Shown: positions 11,824 through 26,116 of the stretch, one piece after another
Numbering within the stretch: position 1 is the first letter of the stretch
Layout: every line of letters starts with the position of its first letter
Source: Euglena gracilis
Lineage: Eukaryota
Direction of reading: 5' to 3'
Assembly: GCA_039621445.1 (NCBI GenBank)
Contig: CP154954.1
Location: 1,922,001-1,986,000, forward strand
DNA: 64,000 nt
Made by a program: the position numbers and the translations under genes
The notes under the pieces: generated by a model
What the model saw: the letters and a program-made list of their open reading frames with translations, nothing else
Told to the model about the DNA's origin: nothing
Database searches by the model: none

Positions 11824-14497
11824 TTATTTAATTCTTTTTTTGAAATTTTTTTTTAAATCAATAATAGTGAATTTAAGTAATAATTCTGCCTCTTGTGTAA
11901 AAGTTTTAGTTTTATTTATTATTTCTTTAAAAGTGGGTTTTTCATTATTGATGTGCTCTCGTAATTCTATAAGGAATCCCCTAACATCTTCAAGATTTAT
12001 ATCGTCCAAGTATCCATTAATACCTGTATATATTGTTGCCACTTGATCTGCTACTGACAATGGTGAAGCTTGAGGTTGTTTTAATAATTCTCTTAATCTT
12101 GCACCACGAGCCAATTGATTTTGTGTAGCTTGATCTAAATCTGACGCAAATTGTGAAAAAGCCTCTAATTCTGCAAATTGAGCTAGTTCTAATTTAAGTT
12201 TTCCTGCTACTTGTTTCATAGCTTTTATCTGCGCAGCAGATCCAACTCTTGACACGGAAATACCTACATTAATAGCTGGACGAATCCCCGAATTAAATAT
12301 GTCGGCTGATAAAAAGACTTGTCCGTCCGTAATAGAAATAACATTTGTAGGTATGTATGCTGAAACATCTCCTGCTTGAGTTTCTACAATTGGTAAAGCT
12401 GTCATACTTCCTTGTCCTAATTCATCACTTAATTTAGCTGCTCGTTCTAATAATCTTGAATGTAAATAGAATACATCTCCCGGATATGCTTCGCGTCCAG
12501 GTGGACGACGTAGTAATAATGACATTTGTCTATAAGCTTGTGCTTGTTTTCGTGATAGAAAATTTAAATATAACAATTTCTTCATAAAGAATCGTGCATG
12601 CAAGTTTTAGTGCACACGGCTCAAATCAATAATTATAATAATAATATTTTTAGTTAATAATAATAATAATTCTTCAAGGTTTACTAGTAATAATATCCAA
12701 AAAACAATTTTAAATAGTACTTTCTTTTATTTGTAAATTAACTAATCTTGAAAGACTTTCATATCAAAGAATAAATATAAAAAATATTATTTTTAGCAAT
12801 ATATTTTTGTTAGTTGTTATACCCTTATTTTTAAGAATTATTATTAAAATTTTATAGAAAATAGAAAACATTAGTAAATTACGATTATATTATCTTTCAA
12901 AAAATTATAAAATTTTTAGTTTTTTGTGTTCAAAAAATTTTACTTAAATAATACTTACAATCAAAAAATAAGAGTTCAATTATTGACAAAATTTTAATAA
13001 AAGCTTAGTTCGTTTAATTTTGTGTTTTTAATGTTTATAAATCTTTCATCTAAATATTCTTTAGTATAAAAAATAACAATAAGACTTTTACAACTCGCAA
13101 TGAAAGATCATCATAAATAACTAACGTATGTTTTCCATTATACACGTTGGTAAATATAATAATTACTCAATATATTTCCTTTCAGAAACGTACATGAAGC
13201 TTTTACTTCATACGGCTCCTATCATATGAATAATTTCTTTTAAACAAATTATAAAGTCATATTTTGTTTACGAAATTGCAAATGTTATCAAATTTTGGGT
13301 TTATTTTTTTAATTAATTAAAAATTTTAACATTAATTCAATTCGCTTTTATAATTTTATATTTAGCATTTTGTTAACCTAAAATCCATATAATGGGAAAA
13401 AAATTATAACCTAACAAGTTTCTCTTTCTATTTTAATAAAAAGATTTTTTGTTTATAATAATTTAGTTAAAAAATTATTAAATAATTTCATAATTCAATA
13501 ATGAAATTAAGCATAATATTACAGACAAATAAAACAATTTTAAGACAATAATTCTATTTTAAATAACCTTTTTTATTTCCATATAACTACTTTGCTTCAT
13601 GCTTTAATGTATAATATAATTGAAGATTACAATTTAAATAAAAAATTTATAAGAATAAAAATTAATAATTTACTTATAATAAAAAAGAGATTTAAAATTT
13701 TTAATTATGTTTTTTATAAAATTTGTTTTAAGACAACATGCCGCACTGAAATATTCCGCCAAAGCTGCACCTGTATAAGGAGCTAAATATTGTAGTGTAG
13801 CAGATGAATCCGCATTTTCTGCAACTATTATTGTATATTCCATAGCCCCACGTTTTTCTAACGTAGTTACTATTTGTGAAACAGAAGACGCTTTCTGTCC
13901 AATAGCTACGTAAACACAAATAACCCCTTGTCCTTTTTGGTTTAAAATCGTATCTGTAGCAACAGCTGTTTTGCCTGTTTGGCGATCACCAATAATAAGT
14001 TCGCGTTGTCCTCTTCCTATTGGAATCATTGCATCTATCGCAATTAATCCTGTTTGCAAAGGTTCATGAACTGAACGTCTTGAAACAATACCTGGAGCAG
14101 GAGACTCTATTAATCGTGTTGTAAATGATGCAATATCCCCTTTTCCATCTATAGGACGTGCCAAGGCATCAACAACTCGACCTAAAAAACCTCTACCTAC
14201 AGGAATTTGAGCAATCTTTCCTGTTGTTTTAACTGAAGCACCTTCTTTTAAATTAGTAGCTTCGCCCATTAAAACGGCTCCAACATTGTCAGCCTCTAAA
14301 TTCAAAGCAATTCCAATAGTACCTTCATCAAATTCTACAAGTTCGCCCGCCATCACTTTTTCAAGCCCATAAATCCTAGCTATTCCGTCCCCTACTTGAA
14401 GCACAGTTCCTACGTTAACAATTTTTAATTCTTGACGATATTTCTTTACCTGTTGACGAATTATCCTAGTAACTTCATTCGGGCGAACTCTGATCAT
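11824..14497 (-). CDS. atpA: ATP synthase CF1 alpha subunit, 3 exons
   Basis: MIRVRPNEV...GDRQTGKT (Walker A)...ALAEYF / [15 protein letters not shown] / [25 protein letters not shown]. Introns start GTGCG and TTGCG. Confidence 0.97.
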
Positions 14498-14601
14498 AGC
14501 TTGGGCCTGGGGCATATATAGACAATGCTAAACATATAAATACAAAATTAATAAGTCAAAATTTTCAACATAAACAATACATATATGTATTTAGTTTTTT
14601 C

Positions 14602-16758
14602 TTAGTATTTAGGTTTTAATTTCTTAAGCGACATTTTTTCCATTTTTTTCAGAATAATTTTTTATGAATTTTTGAATTTAGACGTTTAATAATAGTCGCT
14701 TTAGCTTTTTGACAGGCTTGTGAATATAAATTTTTAAAAATTTCTCTAACAGATTTTTTATCTTCCGTTCTTAATATTAAACGCTTTGATTGCTTTAAAC
14801 GTTTAATATCTTCATTAACGGAAGAACGAATTATATCAAAACTTTTAAGGCGATAAAGTAGTTTTTTAATACTCTTATCCGAAACCATACACGATTTATT
14901 TCCAATCATATGGCTATTCAATTAAAATTGTATTTTATTTGTTTTATTATAAGTTTGAAAATAATTTGAAACAAATTTTATAAATTGAAATTGCGTTTGT
15001 AAATTAGTATTTTTTATAAACCAGCTTTTTTAGCAAAAAATTTACCTATAAGAATCGTCCTTTTATAATAATTTTTATTACTTCGTTATTTTTACTGATA
15101 ATATATTACTAATAAATATGATTGTTCACCAAAAGTTTTAAGATAGTTAACATAATATAAAGTTGTTTTATTACAAATTTTTATATTATTTTCTTATAGT
15201 TATATTAATTTCTTCTCAATAACATAATATAACCTAACTTGATAAGCAAAATTATACTTAACGGTGATTGAAGAAACATTTTGATTATCTATTTTATAAA
15301 ATGTGAAATAAAAAATTAACAATGAAAAGTTTATAATCTTATTTTTCTCTTGCTTATAATATTTCTATAATTTTCATGATAAGAGATAAATTATTCTTTT
15401 AAAAATATTTAGTAAAATACTAATTTTAGAAATTTCCTCTATTCCCATAAAAATAAATATAATTTTAAATAGACGAATCACACAAAATGTTGTACCATTA
15501 GAACGAATTAAAGAAGCTTTTTTAGCTGCATTTTCAAATTCAAGTTCAGCAAGATATAAAGAACTTTGCGAAGAACGGATCTTTTCATCAATATCTAAAA
15601 TATTTTTAATTATAGTTTTTTTTCGCGTTTTTAGTAAATCACTTAAATTAGATAAAAATAAAATTTTCCTTTCAAAAAGGTATGAGCAAAATTTTTTGCA
15701 TACGTCTTAAATCTATATAATATTCATTAATATCTATTTCAAAATTATCGGAAATTGATCTTCTATCTTTAAAGAATTTCTATAATTTTTAAGTTTAAAA
15801 TTAATGATAAATATTTTAATGTTTTTAACATTACCGTTGTATTAAAAAATAAATGATTCTTACTTATAAAAAATTTAACTTATAATAATTATAACTGTTA
15901 TCACAACAAAATTACATAAAAGCTTTTATATAAAATTATTTTTTAAAATATAATTTATATTAATTTTACTGAATTTGTAAAATTAAAATTAAAAATAATG
16001 ACTAAAAAGTTAACTTTCCATAATAAAACAGGGTTCCAACTACTATCGCTAAATTTATAATATTCGTTTCAAAAACATTTGTATTTATACCGAAAGTCTT
16101 AGCGTTAGAAATGATAGTGAAAATATTAAAATTATCAATTATTTAGATAGATATATAATGAGAAAATTCTCGATATCCCCAAATACACCGTATTTGAACT
16201 TTTCAGATCATACAGCGTTTTAAAAATTTAAAAACAACACTTTACCTATTAAATTAAAATATTTTTTAAAATAGTTCTAGAATTATCTTTCAAGTTTAAT
16301 AAGAAAAACAATAATACGAAATTCCAACTTTAATAAATATTTTTATATTTCATATAACAACGTATCTTAATTTTAATTTTTTTTAATCATTAAGTTTAAT
16401 ATTATGTTCAAATTATAATAGAAGTGTTTAAAATTTTTAAAACATGATATTAAAAAAAATTTTTATTATAAAAATTTAGTATATTTTAACTACAATTTAT
16501 TATTAATATATTTGTAAATTATAATTTAAATAAATCTAACCTTTGAAATAACATGTATAAACTTAATCTACCGTTATTCCGGCAAATATATTTATTCTAA
16601 TTGAAAAATGAATAATATTTGTAAAAATAGATTAAAATTTTTTCGCAATGTAATCTTTTTCATGTAAAATTATTAAAATAAGATTAATAGCCAAACAGCC
16701 AAATTTAACTAAAAATTTTAGAAAAGTAATTTATTGTCATTAACGTTTCACACACCAC
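14602..16758 (-). CDS. atpF: ATP synthase CF0 subunit I (b), 4 exons, GTG start, apparent A-run frameshift near 14660
   Basis: FGINTNVFETNIINLA motif; position between atpH and atpA; GTG GT|GTGTG first exon. Confidence 0.88.
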
Positions 16759-16873
16759 GATATTTTTTACACAATAGTTGCTTTCATTTTAGGAAACCTC
16801 AAAATATAAACTATACAGTATTATACTCTCGATTAAATTTTAAAATTTTTTTATTAAAAATCTAATATTAAAA

Positions 16874-17137
<264 letters not shown>

Positions 17138-17251
17138 TTATTGCTTAAAAGTTAAATTTTGAACTTTTAATTTAATTAAATTAAAGAATAAAGGATTGAA
17201 TATTAAAAATTAATACTTGGGTAATAAAATGTTACTTAATATCACTTACTA

Positions 17252-18864
17252 TTAATGATGACCTTCCATTGCTTCACCGATATAATTTAGATAAAAATAA
17301 TCCTTCATAAACTAAAAAAAATAATAGTATTAATTAGTTCTATAATTGTCATTATAAAAAATACAAATTTTAATAAATGGGAAATCGCGTTGATCCAGAC
17401 AAAGTTGCAAAAATTAAAGCTTGAATACCACTAGTAAATAAACCTAAAAAAATTAAAGGAACAGGAACAATTAGCGGTACCAAAGAAACCAATACCGCTA
17501 CTACTAATTCATCTGCTAAAATATTACCAAAAAGTCTGAAACTTAAGGAAAGAGGTTTAGTAAAATCCTCCAAAATATTAATGGGCAATAAAATTGGAGT
17601 AGGTTGAACATATTTTTTAAAATATGTTAAGTTTAATAGAATTTAAATTCTTTATTAAGTAATTAATAAAAAAACTATAAAATTTATATAAATTAAAGTA
17701 AGCTTAGTAAATTTAAAATTCTTTAATAAAATATACGACAAAACCTTTTTTGTTAAGTCCAGCATAAAAATACGCTAAAGATGTCAATATAGCAAGTCCT
17801 GCCGTAGTATTAAATAGATAGAAAACATCCTCTTAAAATTTATACCTACATTACAAAACGTATATAACTTACAATTATAAAAAAAAGATCTAACAACTAC
17901 ACTTTAATAAATGTTGAGTCTTATCTATAAATAAATAATAAAATTAATAAATACATATTTGTTTTATCAGAAATCTTTATCAACTATAAATGTTAAAAAA
18001 AAAAAGGATATTTTATTGCAAATATTTAATAAATTAACCAAATTTTAGAGTTTCAGACAAATAAAATTACTTTATTAATTCCATTGCTTTATAAACCATT
18101 TTGAATAAACTTTTTATGATAAATTCAAAACGCACATATCATTTGTAGGTGCTCCCAACTCTCCATTTGGAAGTTCAATAATTTTCCAAGGAATTAGTGC
18201 CCCTGACCAATTTGACACATAGAAAGAAAAACATAGTTCCAATATAAGGAACCCATTTTGAATATTCTTTTTCACCTATTTGAGTTTTTGAAATGTCTGT
18301 TATAAATTCTGTGACAAGTTCTATAAAAATTTGTTTGTTTGCTGGTACTAAAGTAAGATTTTTTGTAGTATAAATACTTAAAAAACCTATTATTAATATA
18401 ACAATCCAAGAATTAATTAATACTTGCCCGTGAATTTGAAAACCTAAAATTGACCAATAAAAGTGTTGCCCAACTTCTTAAAAATAATAAAATATTTTTA
18501 AATATTCTTATAAATAGCAATAAATTTGAATTAAAGTTTCTACATCTGAACTTTTAAATGAAAATTATTTAAATCGCAAAACATTAGCAATTTTTAAAAG
18601 TTAAAATTTTCTTAGGAAGTATTTAATCAAAATATTTATATTTATAAAAAATCCGAAAAAATTTTTATTGTTAAAAGAATGTTTAATTTTTAAAATCAAC
18701 AGAAAAATGCCCGAAATAAACATGTTTACAGAAAAAATTTTTTAAAAAAGTTTTAACTAAAAGAAGAAGTCTTAAAAATTCAAAAAATTAAAAAATATAA
18801 TTAAAACAAACTTCATATGAAAGGGATTGAAATCACAAAAATAATATAATAAAACAATCTTCAT
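17252..18864 (-). CDS. atpI: ATP synthase CF0 subunit IV (a), multi-intron, copy 1 (local indel ~18220)
   Basis: [17 protein letters not shown] and [17 protein letters not shown] exons; ends [10 protein letters not shown]. Confidence 0.92.
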
Positions 18865-18906
18865 TTCTCGAAAAATAAAAAATTATTATGAAAGTCACTG
18901 AAACCT

Positions 18907-20332
18907 TTAAGAAAGTTTTTTGAATTTTTTATACTTATCAAATTTTTGTCTTACTTTGTTGTTAACGCCCCGATTTATGGAATTACAAAGAACACTCAAA
19001 ATTAAAGAAACAGAAAGAATAGAATCATCATTTGAAGGAATAGGATATTTAGTAAGTGTGGGGTCACAATTGGTATCTAAATAAAATACGCATTTAATTT
19101 AAAAATTAATACGCTTCATCAAACTGAACAAGAAAACGATTTAAAGTTTCATACAGCTTTGAATAATTATTTATTTAAAGTTATTAAAACTTGTTACAAA
19201 AAAACAAAACTTTTTCATTATTTAATTTTTAAAAATTATTCATAAACCTCAAAGGTAGTTTATTGTTATATTAAAAACTATATTACTAAATAACAAAATA
19301 AAATATCGAGAAATAATTTGTTACTATATTCATTCAAATTTAATTGTAATTATTTAATAATTAATTCTAATAATTATTTTTAAAGAATTTTCATTTTATA
19401 AATTTTTTATTCTTTAATAAAAAAAATTCTACTATGGAAAAAAGAGATACTTAAAACATGAATAACGCACTATAGTTATACTAGCAATACCTAACTTTTT
19501 ACATTCACGTACAGCATTTATCTCCTTGTTTTGTCCTATTATAATAACAATTTCAGGACGTTCAGTCATATCTCTCATACCGGAAAAATATTTTTTAAGC
19601 TAATTAAATAGAATATTCTTTCGATTAATTATCTAGTTTGAAAATAAATATATTTATAAAAATTTTAAAATTTAGTTAAAAAATAAAAATTGAGTCACAT
19701 TTAATTTTTTTTTTTTTAGTACTAAACGTTCTTTTTTTGTTAATAAGTTGTGATGCTTTTCTTTTTGTTTTGATTTTAGCATAAAATTTTATTGCAACAA
19801 AAATAAAATAATCCCAAAATTATTCTTAATTTTATAATTAAATGTAATTTAGTTATAAATAAAATTTATAATTTTTATTATCAAAAAATTGCTTTAATTT
19901 ATTTATGCAATTTTTAATTGTTATCCAATTTGTCAATATACCGCCCAACCAACGTTTTGTTACAAAAAAAGAATTACATTTTAAAGCGATTTTTTGTGTT
20001 TAAAATAGAAAAAAAGCGTTTTGTACAAACAAAAAGAGCCATTAAGATTAAAAATTTTTCTAATAAATATTCATAAAAAATTTATAAAGCTTTTTAAAAA
20101 ATGCTAAAATCTAACAGATTGGTTTTCATAAAAAGTCACAACTTTTACCTTTACGTACAGAACGTATAAGGAAATTGCAAGCTTTTTTTAAACAAACTAT
20201 AGTCTGTAACAAATCGATAATATGAAGACCTTTGCGTTCTCCATAAATATAAATTCTCATTCTTGGATTCCATTGTTTAACCTTATGACCAAGATGAACA
20301 CTAGAATTAAGCATTTTTTCTACAGTAATCAT
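18907..20332 (-). CDS. rps2: 30S ribosomal protein S2, multi-intron, copy 1 (extra base ~20000)
   Basis: [30 protein letters not shown] and PSNDDS. Confidence 0.93.
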
Positions 20333-20501
20333 ATTTAATTAAATTTAAAAAACGAGTAGCGTAACATACATATAAAGAAAATAATAGTTATAAAAGATAT
20401 ATAAAAAATTTCATAAAAAAAAATTTTCTTTATTATTTTAAGAAGTAAATACCGGAATCATCTATGTATTTTTTGTTTTATTGTTTCTTCAATTCTCTTA
20501 A

Positions 20502-20573
20502 AGACGACACCCAGAATCGAACTGGGGAATAAAAGATTTGCAATCTTCTGCCTTACCGCTTGGCCATGCCGCC
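20502..20573 (-). tRNA. trnC: tRNA-Cys(GCA), copy 1
   Basis: GGCGGCATGGCCAAGCGGTAAGGC...TT GCA AA. Confidence 0.95.
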
Positions 20574-20574
20574 A

Positions 20575-20647
20575 TGCTAGGAACCAGATTTGAACTGGTG
20601 ACACAAGGATTTTCAGTCCTCCGCTCTACCAACTGAGCTATCCCAGC
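20575..20647 (-). tRNA. trnF: tRNA-Phe(GAA), copy 1
   Basis: GCTGGGATAGCTCAGTTGGTAGAGCGGAGGA CT GAA AA. Confidence 0.96.
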
Positions 20648-20699
20648 TATTATTATTATAAATTAATTTATACTTATATTATTATAAGTAAATTTAAGT

Positions 20700-21108
20700 T
20701 TACCAACTCGCTTTGGTTACACCTGGAAGTAAACCATAATGAGCCATATCTCGAAGAATATGTCGTGATAATCCAAAAGTCCTAAAATATCCACGTGATC
20801 TCCCTGTTACGTAACAACGATTTCGAAAGAGTTAACAAATAAAAATACTCAAAAAAATAAATATAAAAATTTTATAAATTTTTCAAATTATTAACAGCTA
20901 TAAAATTTGAATGACAAATAGAAAATCAAATTAATCGGCAACGCAAACTATTTCTAGGTAATTTTTGCAAAAAAGAGTAAATCCGCAATTTTTTCTCAAA
21001 AGATTTTTCGTCTTTTCCATTTGTCCTGTATACATAACGGTTATGGGAATGTATTAATACTAATATTATTCGTTTTCTCTGTCTTGCTATAAGACTTTTT
21101 TTTGACAT
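20700..21108 (-). CDS. rps14: 30S ribosomal protein S14, one group III-type intron, copy 1
   Basis: [13 protein letters not shown]...[10 protein letters not shown] / [12 protein letters not shown]...LPGVTKASW*. Confidence 0.94.
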
Positions 21109-21147
21109 AAATAAAAAATTTTTAGGTTAAATAATGCTCGAATAAGA

Positions 21148-21231
21148 TGCATTCAGCTGGATTCGAACCAGCGACGTCCTTCCGGAGCGAGATTATGAGT
21201 CCCGTGCTATCGTCCACTCTGCCATAAATGC
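21148..21231 (-). tRNA. trnI: tRNA with CAU anticodon (plastid trnI-CAU), copy 1
   Basis: GCATTTATGGCAGAGTGG...CT CAT AA; GCAT acceptor typical of plastid trnI(CAU); position between rpl36 and rps14. Confidence 0.85.
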
Positions 21232-21259
21232 GCCTACAAATTATAGACGCAAAACAAGT

Positions 21260-21373
21260 TTAACCCTGTCGTTGTTTATGCTTGTTATTTATACAAACAA
21301 CTAAAAGATTGTTTTTGCGACGAATCAAATAACATTTATTACAAATTTTTTTAACAGAAGAACGTATTTTCAT
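21260..21373 (-). CDS. rpl36: 50S ribosomal protein L36, copy 1
   Basis: [37 protein letters not shown]. Confidence 0.96.
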   Translation of the reverse strand: MKIRSSVKKICNKCYLIRRKNNLLVVCINNKHKQRQG

Positions 21374-21456
21374 AAAAATTAAGTCTAATTAAACAAAAAT
21401 TATCAAACAACTTTTTAATAAAAAATAATAAAACAAAAGAGGTAATTTTAGTTTAT

Positions 21457-22579
21457 TTACCAAATATAAAACAGAATCTCCCCACCAATTTTATTAGATC
21501 TAGCCAATCGATCAGTCATTAATCCTTTAGAAGTAGACATGCAAAATTAAATTTTAAAATTTCTTTAAGAACAATACAAGTTAATAATCAACATAAGGCT
21601 CAAATAAAAATAATAATAATAATACAAAAAATTACGTTAAAAAATATTTCAAAATAATTCACGAATAATAAGAATTAAATTTTATGTTTTTCACAAAAAC
21701 ATGCATTAGAATACAAAAATAGAAATTCTTGCTAAATTATAATAAAGGAAATCATTATAAAAAATTTATTATTGCTTATAATTTTTATCTTATGAAACTC
21801 AAAAAACATATCGCACAAACAGTTAAACCAACGCCACCTGCTACTGATTGTAGTCTTTTATAACTACTATAAGTACGCAAACCAGGTTTGCTTACACGTT
21901 TTATTTTAGTTATATAAGAAACTTGTTTTGGACCTTTATATTTTAAAAAGATTGTAATATATTTTTTTATAACACCGTTTTCAGTTAAACACGTAGCGTC
22001 AGCCAATTCAAAAGAGTCAATAAATCCTTCTTTTTTTAAAATTTCGGCTATATTTACCGTAAGTTTTGTATTAATAACATTAACTTTTCTAGCTTTTATT
22101 AAAAGAGAGTTTCTTATTCTTGTAAGCATATCGTATAAGGCTAAATAAAACCTAACAAAAGAATAAAAATATGTATATATATTAATAAAAATCAAAAATT
22201 AATTATACTTCTATAAAAAAAATCACACCTAATTACATTAAATTAAATTATAAATTTTTAAAACAATTTATTAACAAACTCTACAGGAAACCATTAATCA
22301 TAAAGTTTTGAAAAATAAAATTTAAATATTTCAAGATTTACTAATATTTAACTAATTTAATTATGTAATATTAATATAGTAATAAAAATAAGTGATCTCC
22401 CAACTAATGAATAAATTTTACAAAACAATAATAAACGGTTTGTTAAAGAAAAATACTACTATCAAAATATTTAATAATGCTCTTATTTACCGAATTTCAA
22501 CATATATATAGATAATAAATATAAAAAATTATTAATAATATATTATTACACTTAAAACTCGCAAATCAATATTTGTCAT
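21457..22579 (-). CDS. rps8: 30S ribosomal protein S8, multi-intron, copy 1
   Basis: DMLTRIRNS, ILKKEGFI, KRVSKPGLRTY / MSTSKGLMTD...GGEILFYIW*. Confidence 0.94.
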
Positions 22580-22662
22580 AAAATTCTAAAAATAAAACAA
22601 TAAAATTACTATTAATAAAAATAGATTTTGTACATCTTAACACGTAAAAAAAAGTATAAAAA

Positions 22663-22710
22663 TTAATCTCGGAACGGGATACCTAATTCTTTTAAAAGAA
22701 AGAAAGCTTC
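22663..22710 (-). pseudogene. rpl5: rpl5 3'-terminal fragment cut by an inversion junction
   Basis: EAFFLLKELGIPFRD* only; homology to 32477-32524 stops at 22710. Confidence 0.9.
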
Positions 22711-23044
22711 ATTTTCAAAAATTGTTATAAAAAAAAATTAAAAAAAAATTTAAATTTATATTTTTAAAAAAAGTTAAAAAATATTAAAATTTCTTAATAG
22801 TATTCATTTTTATAATTTTTTTATTTATTATTTTTTTATTGTTAATAAAATATTTTTTTCATATTTTTATATTTTTTATAATTTTTATAGAATTAAATTT
22901 TTTAAAGTTTTTATTTTATTATTTTTTTATTTTTTTTTTTATTTTTCTTATATTTTTTTTTTATAATATATTTATTTATTTTTTTTTTAATGTTAATTTT
23001 TTTTTGAATATTTATAAATACTTTTGATTTTTTTTTAAATCTCA

Positions 23045-23502
23045 AATTTTGACCGATAAGACTAATAAACTTTTAAAAAATAATGTTTATACTTTTGATG
23101 TTGATATACAAATGTTTTGAATGTTTATAGTAGCTGTATTTTTAGTTTGTAGTTTTATATTATAAAAATTTTAATTAATTACTTTTATTTTTTTAGTATT
23201 TTATAACTTCATAAGTAAAAGGCAATTTAAAGATCTTATTGAAACTGCTTTTAGTGTTAAAATTACTTCAGTTAATAGCTATGTAAAATCTAGTAAATAT
23301 TATCGTTCAAATAATTTTGAGGGTATGAAAAAATATTATAAAAGAATGTTTATTAAATTAGTGAGATTATATTATTATATTATATTGGGAAATAAATATA
23401 ACTTTTGTTTTCAATTAATTCTTTTTTGTTTAATTTCTTTTAAGGATTTTAATCAATTTATATAATGACTTAGAAACAATTCCTTTTTTTTCTTGTCTCT
23501 AG
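23045..23502 (+). CDS. rpl23: 50S ribosomal protein L23, exons 2-4 (exon 1 garbled at ~22890-22945)
   Basis: ILTDKTNKLLKNNVYTFDVD; mirror of the intact copy at 53150-53760. Confidence 0.85.
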
Positions 23503-23656
23503 TTAATTTTTATTGTTTTAGTAGTGGCATTTATAGGTGAGTTTTACTTTATTTGTTTAAAAATAATTTAGTTTTTTATTTTTAACCTAAAATTTTTTAA
23601 TTCTAATTTTTTCGATGTATTTAGTATATACTTTAATAGTTTACTAATTTTTTAAT

Positions 23657-24490
23657 ATGATTATTCGTTATTACAAACCATATACATCAGGGACTCGTAA
23701 ACGTTCTGTTAGTAATTTTTCAGAAATTACAAAATCTAATCCTGAAAAATATTTAACATTTTTTGTTCATAGGTCAAAAGGACGGAATTCCCGTGGTGTG
23801 ATTACTTGCCGAACTTTAGGTGGTGGTCACAAACGCTTGTATCGCAGAATAGAGTTTAAACGTAATAAGCTAGGTATTTTAGGAAAAGTTATTTCTATTG
23901 AATACGATCCTAATAGGAATGCTCGAATTGCTTTAATTTATTATAAAAATGGTGATAAGTCTTATATTATTCATCCAAAAGATTTGTGCGTTGGTAATAA
24001 TATTATTTCTGATTTTTTTTCTCCTATTAAAATAGGAAATTCTTTACCCATAAGCAAAATACCATTAGGTACTATTATTCATAACGTAGAGTTTGAGCCT
24101 GGAAAAGGTGGTCAAATTGCAAGGGCTGCTGGAACTTTTGTACAAATATTGGCCAATGAAGGAAAATTTGTTACTATAACAATGCCTTCGGGAGAAGTTC
24201 GTTTATTACGACGTTATTGTTGGGCTACTATTGGTCAAGTTGGAAATCTTGATCATTCTAATGTCGTTTTAGGAAAAGCTGGAAGAAATCGCTGGTTAGG
24301 AAACAAACCAACAGTTCGTGGTGTAGCTATGAATCCTTGCGATCACCCTCATGGAGGAGGCGAAGGCAGAAGTCCTATAGGTAGACCAAAGCCTGTTACG
24401 CCTTGGGGTAAACCAGCATTAGGTAAAAAGACAAGATCACCTAAACGATTTAGTAATAAATATATAATTCGCTCTAGAAAAATGGTTTAA
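23657..24490 (+). CDS. rpl2: 50S ribosomal protein L2
   Basis: [21 protein letters not shown] and [17 protein letters not shown]. Confidence 0.98.
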   Translation: MIIRYYKPYTSGTRKRSVSNFSEITKSNPEKYLTFFVHRSKGRNSRGVITCRTLGGGHKRLYRRIEFKRNKLGILGKVISIEYDPNRNARIALIYYKNGDKSYIIHPKDLCVGNNIISDFFSPIKIGNSLPISKIPLGTIIHNVEFEPGKGGQIARAAGTFVQILANEGKFVTITMPSGEVRLLRRYCWATIGQVGNLDHSNVVLGKAGRNRWLGNKPTVRGVAMNPCDHPHGGGEGRSPIGRPKPVTPWGKPALGKKTRSPKRFSNKYIIRSRKMV

Positions 24491-24549
24491 TATCTACTAT
24501 TTTCCTTGTTATTATTTTGTTTATTTTTTATTTTGTTTATTTTTTATTT

Positions 24550-25034
24550 ATGTCTCGTTCTTTAAAAAAAGGTCCTTTTGTTTTTTATTCATTAATAAAA
24601 AAAGTTGACCAAATGAATTCGAATCGTTTTTGAGATTTGACCTTATGTTTTTAATTAATTTTTATTTTAGAATCATATATAATACTAATTTATTTATTTT
24701 TTTGTTTTTAAATGAAAACTTTAGATCTTTTTTAAATCTGTAATATTAACTTGGTCCCGTTCCTGTACTATTATTCCAATTATGATTGGAAATACAATAG
24801 GCGTTTATAATGGAAAGGAGCATATACCCGTTTTAGTTTCCGATCAAATGATAGGTCACTTTTGATTTTATAATTTTTGTAATAAAAAATTTAAAGTTTA
24901 TTTTCTTATATTATTGTGGGTTTTTTATTAATAAAATGGATTTATTAAACCTTATAAAATTAGGTGAATTTGTGCAAACTAGAAATTATCGTGGTCATAA
25001 AAAGCATGATAAAAAAACTAAGACTAAGAGATAG
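24550..25034 (+). CDS. rps19: 30S ribosomal protein S19, two group III-type introns
   Basis: [34 protein letters not shown] / KLGEF. Confidence 0.94.
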
Positions 25035-25144
25035 TAGAATTATTTTATATGTTATGTAATTTTTGCATGTATTAAGAACTTTTTAAATATTAGTATGGAT
25101 ACTTTTTATACAGTTTTTATATAATTTTATGTTATTTTTTACTG

Positions 25145-25842
25145 ATGGAACAAAAAAAACCTTTAGAATCTTCAGCTTCAATAAAGTACGTTAGAATTTC
25201 TCCTTTTAAAGTTAGGAGAATTTTAAATCAAATTAAAGGTCGTTCTGCAAAAGAGGCTTTAATGATTTTAAAATTTATGCCTTATAAACCTAGTACTCTT
25301 ATTTTTAAGCTTCTTAAAAGCGCCGTTTCTAATTCAATAAAAAATTACGATGAAGATGCAAATGTTTTGCGTGTTCTCGAAGCTAGAGCAGATGCTGGAC
25401 CTATCTTGAAACGTTTATGTCCACATGCACAAGGTAGGGGTTTTCCTATTAAAAAACGAACATGTCATATAACTATTATTGTCTGAATTTGAATTATTTC
25501 GTAGTTTTCTTTTGCAACTCTAATTGTTGTTTTAGTGAGTTTGTTTTTCTAAATAAAAGATAAATAACTTTTTATTTTTGATGAATTTTAAGTTTATTTG
25601 TTTTTATTATTTGTTGAATTTGGTTTATGGTTTAAAAATTTTAATTTATTTTTCATTTCAAAACAGATTTATTTTATTCATTTTTTTGTTTAAAAAGCGA
25701 TTGGAAATACTATCAAAAATTTTTATAGTTTTATAGGTATTTTAAATGTATATTTGTATTAATGAAGCTGTATGTTGTAAACGCTTGTACAGATTTTAGA
25801 AGGATTATAATTTCTATTCAATTAAAATTATCCATTTTATAA
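25145..25842 (+). CDS. rpl22: 50S ribosomal protein L22, intron near 3' end (short last exon inferred)
   Basis: VRISPFKVRR...AQGRGFPIKKRTCHITII, then an intron and LKLSIL*. Confidence 0.92.
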
Positions 25843-26116
25843 AAATTTTTGTTAACTTATTGCATTTTGTTTTTGTAATTTATTTTATTAAGTGTTGGAA
25901 CCTCATTAATCAGAAAAAACTTATTTTTTACATTAACTGGTCATTTTGTTTTGAAAAAATTTGAAAGATTAAATTTATAGAAAAAAGATTAAATCTCTAT
26001 TAATAAATAATCAAAACAATAATCGTTTTTAAATTTACCTGGTATTTATTTGTTGTTCGTAGTTTATTTTTATATTATTTTCAATTAAGATTTTAGCATT
26101 AGTTGTTTTTTTTTTT

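Noticed and set aside
22839-23027. 62-aa Phe/Ile-rich ORF
   Set aside because: Translation of a low-complexity T-rich garbled junction and rpl23 intron
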